Assembly (NCBI GenBank): GCA_949292375.1
Contig: CASEZG010000005.1
Span: 4,546 to 68,545, forward strand
Source of the DNA: an uncultured Pseudomonadota bacterium
GTDB lineage: Bacteria > Pseudomonadota > Alphaproteobacteria > RF32 > CAG-239
Direction: 5' to 3'
Length of the DNA stretch: 64,000 nucleotides
Each line of letters starts with the position of its first letter. Within the stretch, counting starts at the first letter, position 1. The notes under the pieces were generated by a model. The model was not told where the DNA came from. It was given only the letters and a program-made list of their open reading frames with translations, and did not search any database. This document shows positions 35,430-46,503 of the stretch, piece after piece. A program made the position numbers and the translations under genes.

Positions 35430-36506
35430 ATGATAGCCGAAGATGAAGACGAATCATCGAAAACCGAAGAACCGTCGGAACGAAAAATAAGCAAAGCCAA
35501 AGAAGAAGGTGATATTGCCATCTCCCAAGATGCCAAAAGTTTCATCATGCTCATCGGCATGCTTTTTGTAATATGGCTGATATTACCCCTAATGTTCAAA
35601 TGGTTTTATATTTTTTCATTGCGTTTTATAGAAACACCGGAAGCCATTCCGACAGATGGCAGACATCTTCGTTTATTAATGTATGAATGCGTTTTAGCCC
35701 TTATCAAAATCTTAGGAATTCCTTTTGCCATATTTATGCTTTTGGGCATTTTTGCAAGTGTCGCCCAAACCGGCTTTGTTTATGCCCCGAAAAAACTTGA
35801 GCCCAATTGGAACAAACTCAATATTTTTGCGGCACTCACCCAATTTATTAATATGAAAAAAATCGTAGAAAGCTTAAAAGGCATCATCAAAATTACGGTT
35901 ATTGCTTTTATCGGGGTTCTGGTTTTAAGACCTTACTTAGAAAAAGTAAACCTAATGCCTGAAATGGATGTTATGGCTATTTTATCTTTCATTCACAAAG
36001 TCGTCGTCGTCCTAATCTTCACGGTAGTTATAGCTGTTTTTGTCATTGCTGTAGCCGACTATGCTTACCAAAAATACCAACATTTGAAAAAACTACGAAT
36101 GACCAAGCAAGAAGTCAAAGACGAATATAAGCAAATGGAAGGTGACCCTTTGGTCAAATCGCGCATCCGACAAGTTCGTATGGAAAGAGCCCGTCACCGC
36201 ATGATGGATGCGGTTCCCCGTGCCGATGTAGTTATCGTCAACCCGACGCACTATGCTGTTGCGCTAGAATATAAAATGGAAACAATGGACGCACCGGTAG
36301 TCGTTGCCAAAGGTTTGGATAATTTGGCTCTACGCATTCGCGAAATAGCCGAAGAACACGAAATCCCGATTGTAGAAAATCCACCGCTGGCGCGTGCATT
36401 ATTCGCATCAGTAGAACTGGATCAGTCAATTCCGGCCGAACATTTCAAGGCCGTAGCCGAGGTAATTGGATATGTTATGCAGCTTAAAAACCCGCAGACC
36501 AGATAA
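35430..36506 (+). CDS. flhB: Flagellar export switch protein FlhB
   Basis: Autocleavage motif NPTHYAVAL, plus KMTKQEVKDEYKQMEGDP. The ORF is 358 aa. Confidence 0.92.
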   Translation: MIAEDEDESSKTEEPSERKISKAKEEGDIAISQDAKSFIMLIGMLFVIWLILPLMFKWFYIFSLRFIETPEAIPTDGRHLRLLMYECVLALIKILGIPFAIFMLLGIFASVAQTGFVYAPKKLEPNWNKLNIFAALTQFINMKKIVESLKGIIKITVIAFIGVLVLRPYLEKVNLMPEMDVMAILSFIHKVVVVLIFTVVIAVFVIAVADYAYQKYQHLKKLRMTKQEVKDEYKQMEGDPLVKSRIRQVRMERARHRMMDAVPRADVVIVNPTHYAVALEYKMETMDAPVVVAKGLDNLALRIREIAEEHEIPIVENPPLARALFASVELDQSIPAEHFKAVAEVIGYVMQLKNPQTR

Positions 36507-39117
36507 ACTTCTGCAAAAAAGATTAATACAACTTGCTTACTGTTTAATCGCACTAAGTACAGCAATCATATTATTTATGCTCTATCCTGAATATTACATT
36601 TATTCGGTTATCGGAATGCTTCTGCTGAGCATTCTATGCTTAGCATTAACAATCAAGACCCTGCGAGCCGGCGAAGAAGCCATAAGCTACGGAGGCTTTG
36701 CTAATGAGATTATTAAAAACGACTTTAAAGCACGACGCATAGATAATGCCAACGGAGAACCGGTCATCCAAAATGACGCAGCTAAAGAACTTCTCAAAGG
36801 CGAAGCTATTTTAGAATATCTGGAAAAACAACTAAGTGAAAACCGCAATAACAAATCAGCCTTTTACCGCTTACAAACAGCTTGTCGTAATCTTGTTTCC
36901 GAAAAAGTAAACTTAGCTCTGAACTTAAACCATGAAGCAGAAAAAATCTTTGCCGAAGAAGAATGGTTTGAAATCACCGTCAGACCAATCTTTCTAAAAA
37001 AAACCGACATTTTTGATGGCCCTTTTTCCATAAAAGCCATAAAAAAAGAAACATATTTATATTGGAGTTTTCAAAATATTACAGCATCCAAAAATATGGA
37101 GCGAATTTTCCAAGATGAGAGACAAAACCTGCACGATTCTTTAGACTACCTTCCCGTGGGCTTATATACGCGCAATAAAAATTTTGAAATAGAATACGCA
37201 AACCACGCTTTTGCCTCGCTATTAGGTATTCCTCGAGAAGAAATAATCGGCACGGATTTTCGCAAATATTTAGTCGAGAATCAGGAAACTCCTTTAAATA
37301 CAAGTTGGTCTGGACGCCAATATTTTATAAACAATGAGAAAAAAACAACAGAATGTTTTGCCATACAAGAAAGTTTTCGCAGCAACAAAGAATATAAAAT
37401 CAGAGGCGTTGTTGTATCCGAAATTCCCACAGACAAAGCCACCAAAAAAGAACTTAGTTCTTGTCTGGATAAAATCAGTTGGCTGTTTAACGCCGCACCG
37501 GTAGGAATTATCTTCATCAATCGAGAGGGACAAATTACCGATTGCAACACAAAAGTCCAAAACTTTCTGGGTGCCCCAAAAGAACAAATTTTATTTAAAA
37601 GTATTTTTACTTACATAAAAGAGGAAGATAAAACCGAACTTGAGAAGAAATTTGCTGACATATATTCCGCCAACACTCAATCCGATTCTTTAGACATCCA
37701 CATCAATCTGGAACAAGAAGAACACATAATCCAACTCTACATAAGTCCAATGCGCAAATTCTATTCTTTTGATATTAGCGAAATCGATGGACTTGTTTTA
37801 TACATGATTGATGCAACCAAACAAAAAACTTTAGAGTTGCAGTTTGCCCAAGCGCAAAAGATGCAAGCAATGGGTCAATTGGCCGGAGGCGTTGCGCATG
37901 ACTTCAACAATCTCCTAACCGCCATGATAGGTTTCTGCGATTTGCTGTTACAAAGACACGGCGTTGGCGACCCATCATTTACGGATTTAATCCAAATCAA
38001 ACAAAACGCCAATCGTGCCGCAGGGCTAGTCCGCCAACTTCTAGCTTTCTCACGCAAACAACCTCTAAAACCAAAGCTAATAGATGTCACGGAAAACTTT
38101 GTCGAATTAAGCCACATGCTTAAACGCATTCTGGGAGAACAAATTGTTTTGGAATTTTATCACGGAACAGACTTAGGCTACATAAGAGTAGACCCCGTAC
38201 AATTTTCACAAGTAATCATCAATTTAGCCGTTAATGCTAAAGATGCCATGAACGGCAACGGAAGATTGAGCATTGCCACACGTGTCGAAAGCCTGAATGA
38301 ACCATATCAGTTCGGCGCAGACACAATCAAACCCGGAGAATTTGTGGTTATTGATGTAAAGGATACAGGCTGCGGTATTCCGCCGGAAAACTTAACCCGC
38401 ATTTTTGAACCGTTTTTCTCCACCAAACAAAATGTCGTTGGTTCCGGAACCGGATTAGGCTTAGCCATGGTTTATGGTATTGTTCGTCAAACGGAAGGCT
38501 TCATCAAAGTTGAAAGCAAAATAGGCCAAGGGACAACCTTCTCAATCCATCTTCCGCGTTTTGATACACAAGCTGAAGAAGAAAACGAAAAAGCTCTACC
38601 CTCCCCAACCAACATCACAACCAAAGACGGCACCCCTGTCATTACGGTTCAAGAACAAATAACCTCGCCCGTTGCGGTCAACCAAAAGCTCATATTTGGG
38701 TTAAATGTTTCAGCCATAGACCGAAATCTTAAAGAAACAGCAGAAACATCATCAACACGCATCTTGTTCGTAGAAGATGAGGATTCTGTTCGCTCTTTCG
38801 GCGTCAGAGCATTAAAGAAAAAGGGCTTCGAGGTTGTAGCTTGCAATTCAGCCGAGAATGCGTTAGAACAATTGGCACAAGACAAAAACTTTGGACTTCT
38901 GATAACTGATATGGTCATGCCGGGAATGAACGGAGCCGAACTTGCCGGCAAAGTCAGAGAGCAAATCCCCGGCATAAAAATCATATTAGCCTCAGGTTAT
39001 TCGGAAGAAATTGCCAGAAGAGAATTGGCAGGCTCTCAAGACTTTGACTTTTTAGCCAAACCATTCAGCTTAGGGGATTTAACTAAAAAAGTTTTTGATG
39101 TCTTAAGTAAAAACTGA
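36472..39117 (+). CDS. cckA: Hybrid sensor histidine kinase/response regulator, CckA-like
   Basis: N-terminal TM helices and PAS repeats. The DHp region QLAGGVAHDFNNLLTAMIGFCDLLL...LLAFSRKQPL is typical of CckA. It also has an HATPase G-boxes region and a C-terminal receiver domain (ILFVEDEDSVR...DMVMPGMNG). The start codon is uncertain (TTG 36466 or ATG 36472) and either one overlaps the flhB 3' end. Confidence 0.7.
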   Translation: MLCSLKTRRPDKLLQKRLIQLAYCLIALSTAIILFMLYPEYYIYSVIGMLLLSILCLALTIKTLRAGEEAISYGGFANEIIKNDFKARRIDNANGEPVIQNDAAKELLKGEAILEYLEKQLSENRNNKSAFYRLQTACRNLVSEKVNLALNLNHEAEKIFAEEEWFEITVRPIFLKKTDIFDGPFSIKAIKKETYLYWSFQNITASKNMERIFQDERQNLHDSLDYLPVGLYTRNKNFEIEYANHAFASLLGIPREEIIGTDFRKYLVENQETPLNTSWSGRQYFINNEKKTTECFAIQESFRSNKEYKIRGVVVSEIPTDKATKKELSSCLDKISWLFNAAPVGIIFINREGQITDCNTKVQNFLGAPKEQILFKSIFTYIKEEDKTELEKKFADIYSANTQSDSLDIHINLEQEEHIIQLYISPMRKFYSFDISEIDGLVLYMIDATKQKTLELQFAQAQKMQAMGQLAGGVAHDFNNLLTAMIGFCDLLLQRHGVGDPSFTDLIQIKQNANRAAGLVRQLLAFSRKQPLKPKLIDVTENFVELSHMLKRILGEQIVLEFYHGTDLGYIRVDPVQFSQVIINLAVNAKDAMNGNGRLSIATRVESLNEPYQFGADTIKPGEFVVIDVKDTGCGIPPENLTRIFEPFFSTKQNVVGSGTGLGLAMVYGIVRQTEGFIKVESKIGQGTTFSIHLPRFDTQAEEENEKALPSPTNITTKDGTPVITVQEQITSPVAVNQKLIFGLNVSAIDRNLKETAETSSTRILFVEDEDSVRSFGVRALKKKGFEVVACNSAENALEQLAQDKNFGLLITDMVMPGMNGAELAGKVREQIPGIKIILASGYSEEIARRELAGSQDFDFLAKPFSLGDLTKKVFDVLSKN

Positions 39118-39130
39118 TATATGGATATGT

Positions 39131-39856
39131 ATGAATAAAAACACAAACATAGAACAGTTATCTTTCAGCTTTGAACACAAACCATACCTTGGCAAAGAGG
39201 ACTTTATGGTTGCTTCTTGCAACGCTGAAGCATTTTCATATGTCGAAAGTTGGCCCAATTGGCCTTTTTTTGCCATTTGCCTATATGGTCCTGCCGGCTG
39301 CGGAAAAACACATTTAGCACATATGTTTGCCGAAAATGTATCTCTTAAAACCCATTTTCCCTACAAGATTCCGCAAGTCCGCGCCTCAGACGTCAAACCC
39401 GAAACTTTACGCCTGTTTGAACAACATCCTTGCCTGATTGTTGAGGATTTAAATAGCAATCTCAATTATGAGGCAATGTTCCATTTGTATAATCAGTATC
39501 GCAACGAAAACGGCTTTATTTTATTTACCTCAGAAGTCGCTCCGGCAAGACTAAACATCCCCTTGCCGGATTTACGATCAAGATTAAATATTATTCCGTC
39601 AATTGAGATAAAAGAACCAGATGATGAACTTTTACAAGCTCTAATCGTCAAACTATTTACGGACCGTCAAGTCATCATATCTCAAGATGTTCTAAACTAT
39701 ATTATTGCCAATATGCAGCGATCTTATGCCTATGCCCGCAAATTGGTAGAAGAAATAGATAACATTTCTCTGGCGCGCAAAAGAGCCATAAGCATTCCTA
39801 TTGTCAAAGAGGCATTATCCGTATTAAACGATAACCACCAAGGTGAACTTTTTTAA
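39131..39856 (+). CDS. hdaA: DnaA-related regulatory protein HdaA
   Basis: 241 aa with a DnaA domain III-like AAA+ core: Walker A GPAGCGKTHL and Walker B LIVEDL. Confidence 0.75.
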   Translation: MNKNTNIEQLSFSFEHKPYLGKEDFMVASCNAEAFSYVESWPNWPFFAICLYGPAGCGKTHLAHMFAENVSLKTHFPYKIPQVRASDVKPETLRLFEQHPCLIVEDLNSNLNYEAMFHLYNQYRNENGFILFTSEVAPARLNIPLPDLRSRLNIIPSIEIKEPDDELLQALIVKLFTDRQVIISQDVLNYIIANMQRSYAYARKLVEEIDNISLARKRAISIPIVKEALSVLNDNHQGELF

Positions 39857-39877
39857 ACAACACAAGAAAGACAACAA

Positions 39878-41479
39878 ATGATCAATGGACTACTAAAAAA
39901 AAATTGGTTTTCACTCTCCGCAACAAAATTTAACTTTATATTTGCGGCATTTCTGCTTATTGCCTACAATATACCTTTTGCACAAAAACTCTGGCGGATA
40001 GAACCATCTGCATTATTTGTCCTTTGCGGATTGCTTTGCGCCTTTTTCTTGTTTTGCATAAGCACCGCGCTTTTGTTCAACAAATACACGGCAAAACCCA
40101 TAAGTATACTCCTTTGCATTATTAACGCCTTTGTTCTTTATTTTATGGTCAGTTACAACACCCCAATAGATAAAGTAATGCTTTTGAACGTCATTCAAAC
40201 AGATGTTTATGAAGTTCAAGATTTACTCAGTTTTAGAATGCTGACCTATTTTCTTTTGCTAGGTTTACTTCCAAGCTTATTCATCATAAAAACCCAAATA
40301 ACCTATGGGAATTTTAAACAAGAATTACTTAACTCTCTGAAAATAATAACCGGCAGTGCGATTCTTTGCGGAATAATAATGCTCAGCGGTTATCAAGCAA
40401 CAGACAATGTCTTCCGCAATCATCGCGACACAAAATATTACCTATCTCCCGTAAACTACATCGGCGCAAGCTTATCCGTAGCCAAAATGCGCCGCAAATC
40501 AAATCATCCTTTTGTGGTTGTTGCGCCCGATGCCGAGTTAAACAAATACTGGAAAAACAATAAGAAAAACCTATTTGTTTTTGTTGTTGGTGAAACAGCT
40601 CGCGCTGCAAACTTTTCTTTGGGAGGCTATCATCGCCCGACCAACACCCCCCTAGAAAAACATATGAACGATATCATTTATTATTCAGACACCACAGCCT
40701 GTGGAACTTCAACGGCAGTTTCCCTCCCCTGCATGTTTTCCCCTTATGGCCGCAAAGATTTCAAAATCGGTTCGGAAGAATATACGGAAAATATGTTGGA
40801 TATATTGGACAAGAATGGCTACAAAGTTCTATGGAGAGAAAACAATACCGGTTGCAAAAACAACTGCGACAGAGTCGAAATTGAAGATTTTTGCACCAAG
40901 AAAACCTGCCTTGATGAAATCTTGCTCACGGATTTTGCAAAAAAAATACAACAAAATGAAGAAAATACTTTTGTTGTCATGCATCAGACCGGCAGCCACG
41001 GACCAGCCTATTTTGAACACTATCCCAAAGAAATTGAACAATGGTCTCCGGTTTGCACAACAGAAAATTTAGGCAGTTGCTCAAAAGAAGAGTTAATTAA
41101 CGTTTATGATAATACGGTTTATTATACCAGCATCTTTTTAAGTAATATTATGGATGAGCTAAACAAATTATCCGATAAATACAATGTTGCACTGATTTAT
41201 GCCTCAGACCACGGAGAATCTTTAGGAGAAAACGGCATTTACCTACATGCCCAACCTTATGATACAGCACCAAGTTATCAGAAACAAATTCCAATGCTTA
41301 TTTGGCTTCCCAACGATTCGGCAAAAGCCTTCGGTATTGATATGGACTGCATGAAAAAAGCCGCCAACGCCCCTCACTCACACGACAATTTATTCCATTC
41401 GGCTTTAGGTCTTGCCGGCATAAAAACAAATATATACAACAAAACGTTGGATATTTTTGCCGCCTGCAAAAAAAATTAA
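39878..41479 (+). CDS. eptA: Phosphoethanolamine-lipid A transferase (EptA/MCR family)
   Basis: Five N-terminal TM helices and a sulfatase-fold domain with VVGETARAANFSLGGYHRPTNTPL, MHQTGSHGPAY and SDHGESLGENG. Confidence 0.85.
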   Translation: MINGLLKKNWFSLSATKFNFIFAAFLLIAYNIPFAQKLWRIEPSALFVLCGLLCAFFLFCISTALLFNKYTAKPISILLCIINAFVLYFMVSYNTPIDKVMLLNVIQTDVYEVQDLLSFRMLTYFLLLGLLPSLFIIKTQITYGNFKQELLNSLKIITGSAILCGIIMLSGYQATDNVFRNHRDTKYYLSPVNYIGASLSVAKMRRKSNHPFVVVAPDAELNKYWKNNKKNLFVFVVGETARAANFSLGGYHRPTNTPLEKHMNDIIYYSDTTACGTSTAVSLPCMFSPYGRKDFKIGSEEYTENMLDILDKNGYKVLWRENNTGCKNNCDRVEIEDFCTKKTCLDEILLTDFAKKIQQNEENTFVVMHQTGSHGPAYFEHYPKEIEQWSPVCTTENLGSCSKEELINVYDNTVYYTSIFLSNIMDELNKLSDKYNVALIYASDHGESLGENGIYLHAQPYDTAPSYQKQIPMLIWLPNDSAKAFGIDMDCMKKAANAPHSHDNLFHSALGLAGIKTNIYNKTLDIFAACKKN

Positions 41480-41580
41480 CAAAGCCAAAAATTTTATGAA
41501 AAAGGCTTGCAAAAATTAACGATTTATTATACATACCTACCGGAAAGTATATATGTAGATTTGAATATAATAGAGGAACT

Positions 41581-42216
41581 ATGCCCAGAAGAACTAAAGA
41601 AGAAGCCGAACAAACAAGGCAAAATATCTTATACTCCGCTCTGGATATCTTTTGTGAAAAAGGCTATTCCAAAACCACATTTGACGAGATTGCCAAACGC
41701 ATCAACTTAACTAAGGGTGCTGTATACTGGCACTTCCGTAACAAACCAGACATCATCACGGCTCTCATAACAGAAGCATTCAACCGCACCAACAATGCCA
41801 TAACCGAAAAAATTCCGGAGGTTAACACCTTGGCAGACTTACGGACACATTTTAAATGCTTGGCTGAAATTGTGCGAGATGTTCCAAACTACCGCAAGTT
41901 TTTATTTTTTATGCTGTTTCAGATGGAATGGTCTGAATCTTTATTTTTGCACATAGGTTCTGCGGTTAAAGAAATTCGTGATTTTCCAATAAACATTATA
42001 ACCCAAGCATTAACCAACTCTCAAAAAAGCGGTGAAATTTCAGAAAAAATAAACATCAATAAAGCCGCAGTATGTATCTTCAGCCTATGGCAAGGAATGC
42101 TCTCTTATGCCATATGCAGAAAATCATGGATAGATTTCCCTAAACTTTTTTTAAACGGATTTGACTTAATAATAAAAGCTCTAAAAGACGAAAGGTCAGA
42201 CAATGAAACTAGGTAA
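41581..42216 (+). CDS. TetR/AcrR-family transcriptional regulator
   Basis: N-terminal HTH segment (ILYSALDIFCEKGYSKTTFDEIAKRINLTKGAVYWHFRNK). Confidence 0.85.
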   Translation: MPRRTKEEAEQTRQNILYSALDIFCEKGYSKTTFDEIAKRINLTKGAVYWHFRNKPDIITALITEAFNRTNNAITEKIPEVNTLADLRTHFKCLAEIVRDVPNYRKFLFFMLFQMEWSESLFLHIGSAVKEIRDFPINIITQALTNSQKSGEISEKININKAAVCIFSLWQGMLSYAICRKSWIDFPKLFLNGFDLIIKALKDERSDNETR

Positions 42217-43381
42217 AGTAAGTAATAGAAAAATTTTAAAACAAACAGCGATTCTACTTTTATGCGTCGGTGCAGGCTGGTTTTTAAAAAGCCGTCTGAC
42301 CCCACAAGTTCCCATGATGGGAGCCGGCGGAGGCGATCCGTACGTATTGGTTCAAAAAGTCCAACAACAAAATATTTCTCCGAAAAGAAGTTACATCGGA
42401 CATGTTGAAGCCATAAAATCTGTTGACCTACGCCCACAAATTACCGGCTATGTTGAAAAAGTTCTTTTTCAAGAAGGTTCTTTGGTAAACGAAGGTGACA
42501 TTTTGTTTGTCATTGAACAAAAACGCTATATGGCAACTGTTGAACTGCGAGAAGCAGAGTTAGACAGTGCCAAAGCTAATTTAGTTAGAGCTGAACGCGA
42601 CTACAAACGCCAAAAATCATTAAGCAGCCAAAACTATGCCTCCAAAGCCACTTTGGATACATCTGAGAGCAACTACCTGCAAGCCAAAGCAGCCGTTGCA
42701 CAAGCAGAAGCCAACTTAGAATTAGCTAAAATTGATATGGGCTATACCGAAATCAAAGCACCCATAACCGGTTATATTGGTAAAGCTCTGGTAACGGAAG
42801 GAAACTACGTTAACTCTTCCACCCAAAATCTGGCACGTATTGTTCAGGTTGATCCGATTCGCGTAGCATTCTCGGTTGCTGACAAGGATTTCTTAAACAT
42901 GCGCGAACAACGCATGGCTCAGGGAAGTGATTCCATTAAGACCGAGATTGTTTTGCCGAATGGAAAAGTCCTCGTCAATCACTTAAAATCTCGCTTTACA
43001 GACAACGAAATCAACTCCGACACAGCCACAATCGCAGTTTATGCCGAATATAACAATAAAGACAATTTGTTAATTCCGGGCAACTATGTAGACATCCGTT
43101 TGGGTAACAAAGAAGACAAATTAGCTATCTTAGTCCCGCAAGCCTCTGTTGCTCAAGACAAACACGGCAACTACGTTATGGTTGTGGGCGACGACAACAT
43201 TGCCTACGAAAGACGTGTTGTTATGGGAGACACCATTGAAGACAAACAAATTGTTTTAGATGGCTTAAAAGCAAACGAACGAGTCATTATCCAAGGCTTA
43301 CAAAAAGTAAGTAACGGACAAAAAGTTCAGGTTGGTGAAATAGCCAACAATGCTGAAATCGTTACCGAGGAGGGTAAATAG
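42203..43381 (+). CDS. RND efflux periplasmic adaptor (membrane fusion protein)
   Basis: Lipoyl/hairpin architecture: VDLRPQITGYV, ...AKANL...AEANLELAKIDMGYTEIKAPITGYIG. It overlaps the tetR stop codon. Confidence 0.88.
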   Translation: MKLGKVSNRKILKQTAILLLCVGAGWFLKSRLTPQVPMMGAGGGDPYVLVQKVQQQNISPKRSYIGHVEAIKSVDLRPQITGYVEKVLFQEGSLVNEGDILFVIEQKRYMATVELREAELDSAKANLVRAERDYKRQKSLSSQNYASKATLDTSESNYLQAKAAVAQAEANLELAKIDMGYTEIKAPITGYIGKALVTEGNYVNSSTQNLARIVQVDPIRVAFSVADKDFLNMREQRMAQGSDSIKTEIVLPNGKVLVNHLKSRFTDNEINSDTATIAVYAEYNNKDNLLIPGNYVDIRLGNKEDKLAILVPQASVAQDKHGNYVMVVGDDNIAYERRVVMGDTIEDKQIVLDGLKANERVIIQGLQKVSNGQKVQVGEIANNAEIVTEEGK

Positions 43382-43384
43382 CCG

Positions 43385-46300
43385 ATGTTTTCTCGTATTT
43401 TTATTGAACGCCCGCGCTTTGCGATGGTTATTTCCATCGTGTTGACGCTTGCGGGTATTATTTCGGTATTTTCTTTACCTATTGCCTTATATCCGGAAAT
43501 TACCCCACCGGAAATCGTTGTTTCCGCTTCCTATCCCGGTGCCAGTGCAGAAGTTATCGCCAAAACTGTCGGTATTCCGTTGGAAGAAGAAATCAATGGT
43601 GTTGAAGACATGCTTTACATGAGTTCTTCATCAGAAAACTCATCATACCAATTGACCGTAACCTTCAAGGTTGGTGTAGACCGAGATATGGCGCAAGTTA
43701 AGGTGCAAAACCGCATTCAGCAAGCACAATCAAAACTTCCGTCAGACGTTACGCGTCAAGGTTTAACGGTTAAGAGCCGTTCTTCGAACATCTTAGGTTT
43801 TATCAGCTTGCTCTCACCAAACAACACTTATTCGCAACTAGAGTTGGCAGACTATGTTCAAAACAACATCAAAGATAGCCTAAGTCGTGTATCCGGTGTT
43901 GGTGAAGTAAACGTTTACTCCTCAAAGTTAAGTATGCGTGTATGGTTGGATGCAGACAAAATCACCGCATTAAACATTCCGGTAGATACGATTAAGGCCG
44001 CCATTGAAGGTCAAAACTACCAACCTTCCTTGGGTAGCATTGGCGGCATCCCCGGAGACGGCACCCAACAAATGGTTTACACCTTGCAAACTCAAGGACG
44101 TATTAATGAAGTTGAAGACTTCAAAAACATCATTGTCCGCACAGCCGAACAAGGTGGTTTGGTTTACCTTAAAGATATTGCTCGCGTAGAAATCGGAGAA
44201 GAAAACTACCACGCAACATCAAAATTCAATGGAGCTCCAAACGTCGCCATCGCCATCAACCAGCTGGCAGGAGCTAACGCGCTTGATGCCATGGCTGGTG
44301 TAAAAGCCGAAATAGAACGCTTGGCACAACGTTTTCCTGATGACATCATCTACACCATTGGTTATGACTCTACAGGTTACATTAAAGCATCCATTGAAGA
44401 AGTTGTTTTCACTTTGATTTTGACTTTTGCTTTGGTTATTTTGGTCTGCTATGTTTTCTTGCAAGATTGGCGCTCAACCTTAATTCCAACCTTAACCATT
44501 CCGGTCTCTTTATTTGCCACCTTTGCCGTTATGTTGGCTTTAGGCTACAGCTTAAACATGATGACATTGTTTGGTTTGGTTTTGGCCATTGGTTTGGTTG
44601 TGGACGACGCTATCGTGGTTGTAGAACGTGTTCTGTTCTTAATGGAAAACGAAAAACTCTCCCCGAAAGAAGCCACCATCAAAGCTATGGAACAAGTATC
44701 AAGCGCGGTTATTGCCACAACCTTGGTATTGTTAGCCATCTTTGTACCGGTTGGTTTCTTGGGAGGTATTACCGGACAAATTTACAAACAATTCGCGATT
44801 GCAATTTCAACTTCGGTAACCTTCTCTTCTATCAATGCTTTGACCTTATCTCCGGCTTTGTGCGCGACCTTGCTGAAACCGTTCAAACCGGCACAATCAG
44901 GTCCTCTGTATTGGTTTAACCATTTCATTAACCGCTCCAGAGATCGTTACGCATCTATTGTTGGTCTTCTCGGACGCAAAGTCAGCGTTATCTTCTTGCT
45001 GATGATAATGTTGTTTGCCGGTGTCGGTGGATTCTTACATATCAGCCAAACATCATTCATTCCGTCTGAAGACCAAGGTGTTATCTTCATGAACATTCAG
45101 TTGCCTGAGGGTGCAACCCGCAACCGCACACAAGAATTTGTTGATAAGATTTACCCCTTGGTTAAAGAAGAACCCGGCGTAGACAATGTGATGAACGTCG
45201 TTGGCGCAAGTATGATTGGCGGTTCCGGCGAAAACGTAGCCATGGGTATTATTACTTTACACCCCTGGAACGAACGTAAAGGAGATGAACTCTATTCATC
45301 AAACATCTTAAACCGCATTCGAGCCAAAGTTGCAGGTCTGCCGGAAGCAGAAATTCAATTATTTGAACCACCTGCAATTATGGGCTTAGGTATGAGCGGC
45401 GGTATGGATTATCGTTTGCAAGCCTTAAACTCTGACGACCCGCAACAACTTGAGGCCGTTTTAAGGAGCTTTTTGGCAAAAGTTAACCAAAACCCCAATA
45501 TTTCATATGCTTATACAACATATACGGCTCAAACCCCGAACTACTATATTACGATTGATAAAGAAAAAGCTGAGGCAATGAAAGTAAGTATCGGCAGTAT
45601 TTATAGTGTTCTGCAAAACTACTTGGGTTCAAGCTATGTTAACGACGTTAACTTCGGCACACAAGTAAACAAGGTTATGATTCAGGCCGACTGGAAGTTC
45701 CGTAAGGATTTGGAAAGCTTGAAAAAACTACATGTTCAAAACCAAAACGGCGAGATGGTTCCTCTGGAATCTGTTATCTCAATGAAAAAAGTTTTGGCAC
45801 CACGTGTTGTAACTCGTTATAACCAATATCCGAGTGCATCAATTACGGCCGTACAAAACCAAGCCTCCAGTACAGGTCAAGCCATGGGTGCAATGGAAGA
45901 AATGTCCGCAAGCTTGCCAAATGGCTTCAGCTATGACTGGTCAGGCATGAGCTATCAAGAAAAATCCAGCAGCGGACAAATCGGCTACTTAATTGTGTTG
46001 GCCATGACCTTTGCTTACCTGTTCTTGGTTGCTCAGTACGAAAGTTGGTCAACACCTCTACCTGTTTTAACCTCTGTATCCGTGGCTATGCTTGGTGCTT
46101 TGGCCGGTCTGTTCATCACAGGACTTCCGCTAAGTATTTATGCTCAGTTAGGTCTGATTTTGTTGGTAGGTTTGGCCGCCAAGAACGCTATTTTGATTGT
46201 TGAGTTCTCCAAAGAAGAAAGAGAAAAAGGCTCTTCAATCATCAAAGCGGCGACAACAGGTACCAAAGAGCGTTTCCGCGCGGTATTGATGACGGCCTTC

Positions 46301-46498
46301 ACCTTCATCTTAGGCGTTTTGCCGATGATTGTGGCTACAGGTGCCGGCGCGGCCAGCCGAATTGCCATCGGTGTTCCGGTATTTTACGGAATGTTGCTTG
46401 GTACGACTGCCGGTCTGATTATCATTCCTCTGTTGTATATTCTCTTCCAAACCTGGCGAGAAAATACTTACAAATGGAAAAACAAAAAAGCTGAATAA
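43385..46498 (+). CDS. RND multidrug efflux permease (AcrB/HAE1 family)
   Basis: 1037 aa with a 12-TM topology. The N-terminus [20 protein letters not shown] and the [12 protein letters not shown] motif are typical of the family. Confidence 0.95.
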   Translation: MFSRIFIERPRFAMVISIVLTLAGIISVFSLPIALYPEITPPEIVVSASYPGASAEVIAKTVGIPLEEEINGVEDMLYMSSSSENSSYQLTVTFKVGVDRDMAQVKVQNRIQQAQSKLPSDVTRQGLTVKSRSSNILGFISLLSPNNTYSQLELADYVQNNIKDSLSRVSGVGEVNVYSSKLSMRVWLDADKITALNIPVDTIKAAIEGQNYQPSLGSIGGIPGDGTQQMVYTLQTQGRINEVEDFKNIIVRTAEQGGLVYLKDIARVEIGEENYHATSKFNGAPNVAIAINQLAGANALDAMAGVKAEIERLAQRFPDDIIYTIGYDSTGYIKASIEEVVFTLILTFALVILVCYVFLQDWRSTLIPTLTIPVSLFATFAVMLALGYSLNMMTLFGLVLAIGLVVDDAIVVVERVLFLMENEKLSPKEATIKAMEQVSSAVIATTLVLLAIFVPVGFLGGITGQIYKQFAIAISTSVTFSSINALTLSPALCATLLKPFKPAQSGPLYWFNHFINRSRDRYASIVGLLGRKVSVIFLLMIMLFAGVGGFLHISQTSFIPSEDQGVIFMNIQLPEGATRNRTQEFVDKIYPLVKEEPGVDNVMNVVGASMIGGSGENVAMGIITLHPWNERKGDELYSSNILNRIRAKVAGLPEAEIQLFEPPAIMGLGMSGGMDYRLQALNSDDPQQLEAVLRSFLAKVNQNPNISYAYTTYTAQTPNYYITIDKEKAEAMKVSIGSIYSVLQNYLGSSYVNDVNFGTQVNKVMIQADWKFRKDLESLKKLHVQNQNGEMVPLESVISMKKVLAPRVVTRYNQYPSASITAVQNQASSTGQAMGAMEEMSASLPNGFSYDWSGMSYQEKSSSGQIGYLIVLAMTFAYLFLVAQYESWSTPLPVLTSVSVAMLGALAGLFITGLPLSIYAQLGLILLVGLAAKNAILIVEFSKEEREKGSSIIKAATTGTKERFRAVLMTAFTFILGVLPMIVATGAGAASRIAIGVPVFYGMLLGTTAGLIIIPLLYILFQTWRENTYKWKNKKAE

Positions 46499-46503
46499 GC
46501 CAA

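Noticed and set aside
34393-36506. The absence of fliP upstream of fliQ-fliR-flhB as a possible gene loss.
   Set aside because: In alphaproteobacteria such as Caulobacter, fliP is encoded elsewhere and fliQ/fliR/flhB are clustered separately. The arrangement is therefore ordinary.
41526-41558. A possible TetR operator palindrome (tacata-N16-tatgta) upstream of the TetR gene.
   Set aside because: The arms are only 6 bp in very A/T-rich DNA and the spacing is loose. This cannot be distinguished from chance without comparative data.
44467-44919. A 150-aa plus-strand alternative-frame ORF within the RND permease gene.
   Set aside because: It lies fully inside a 1037-aa CDS that shows family motifs along its length. 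It is a shadow ORF.
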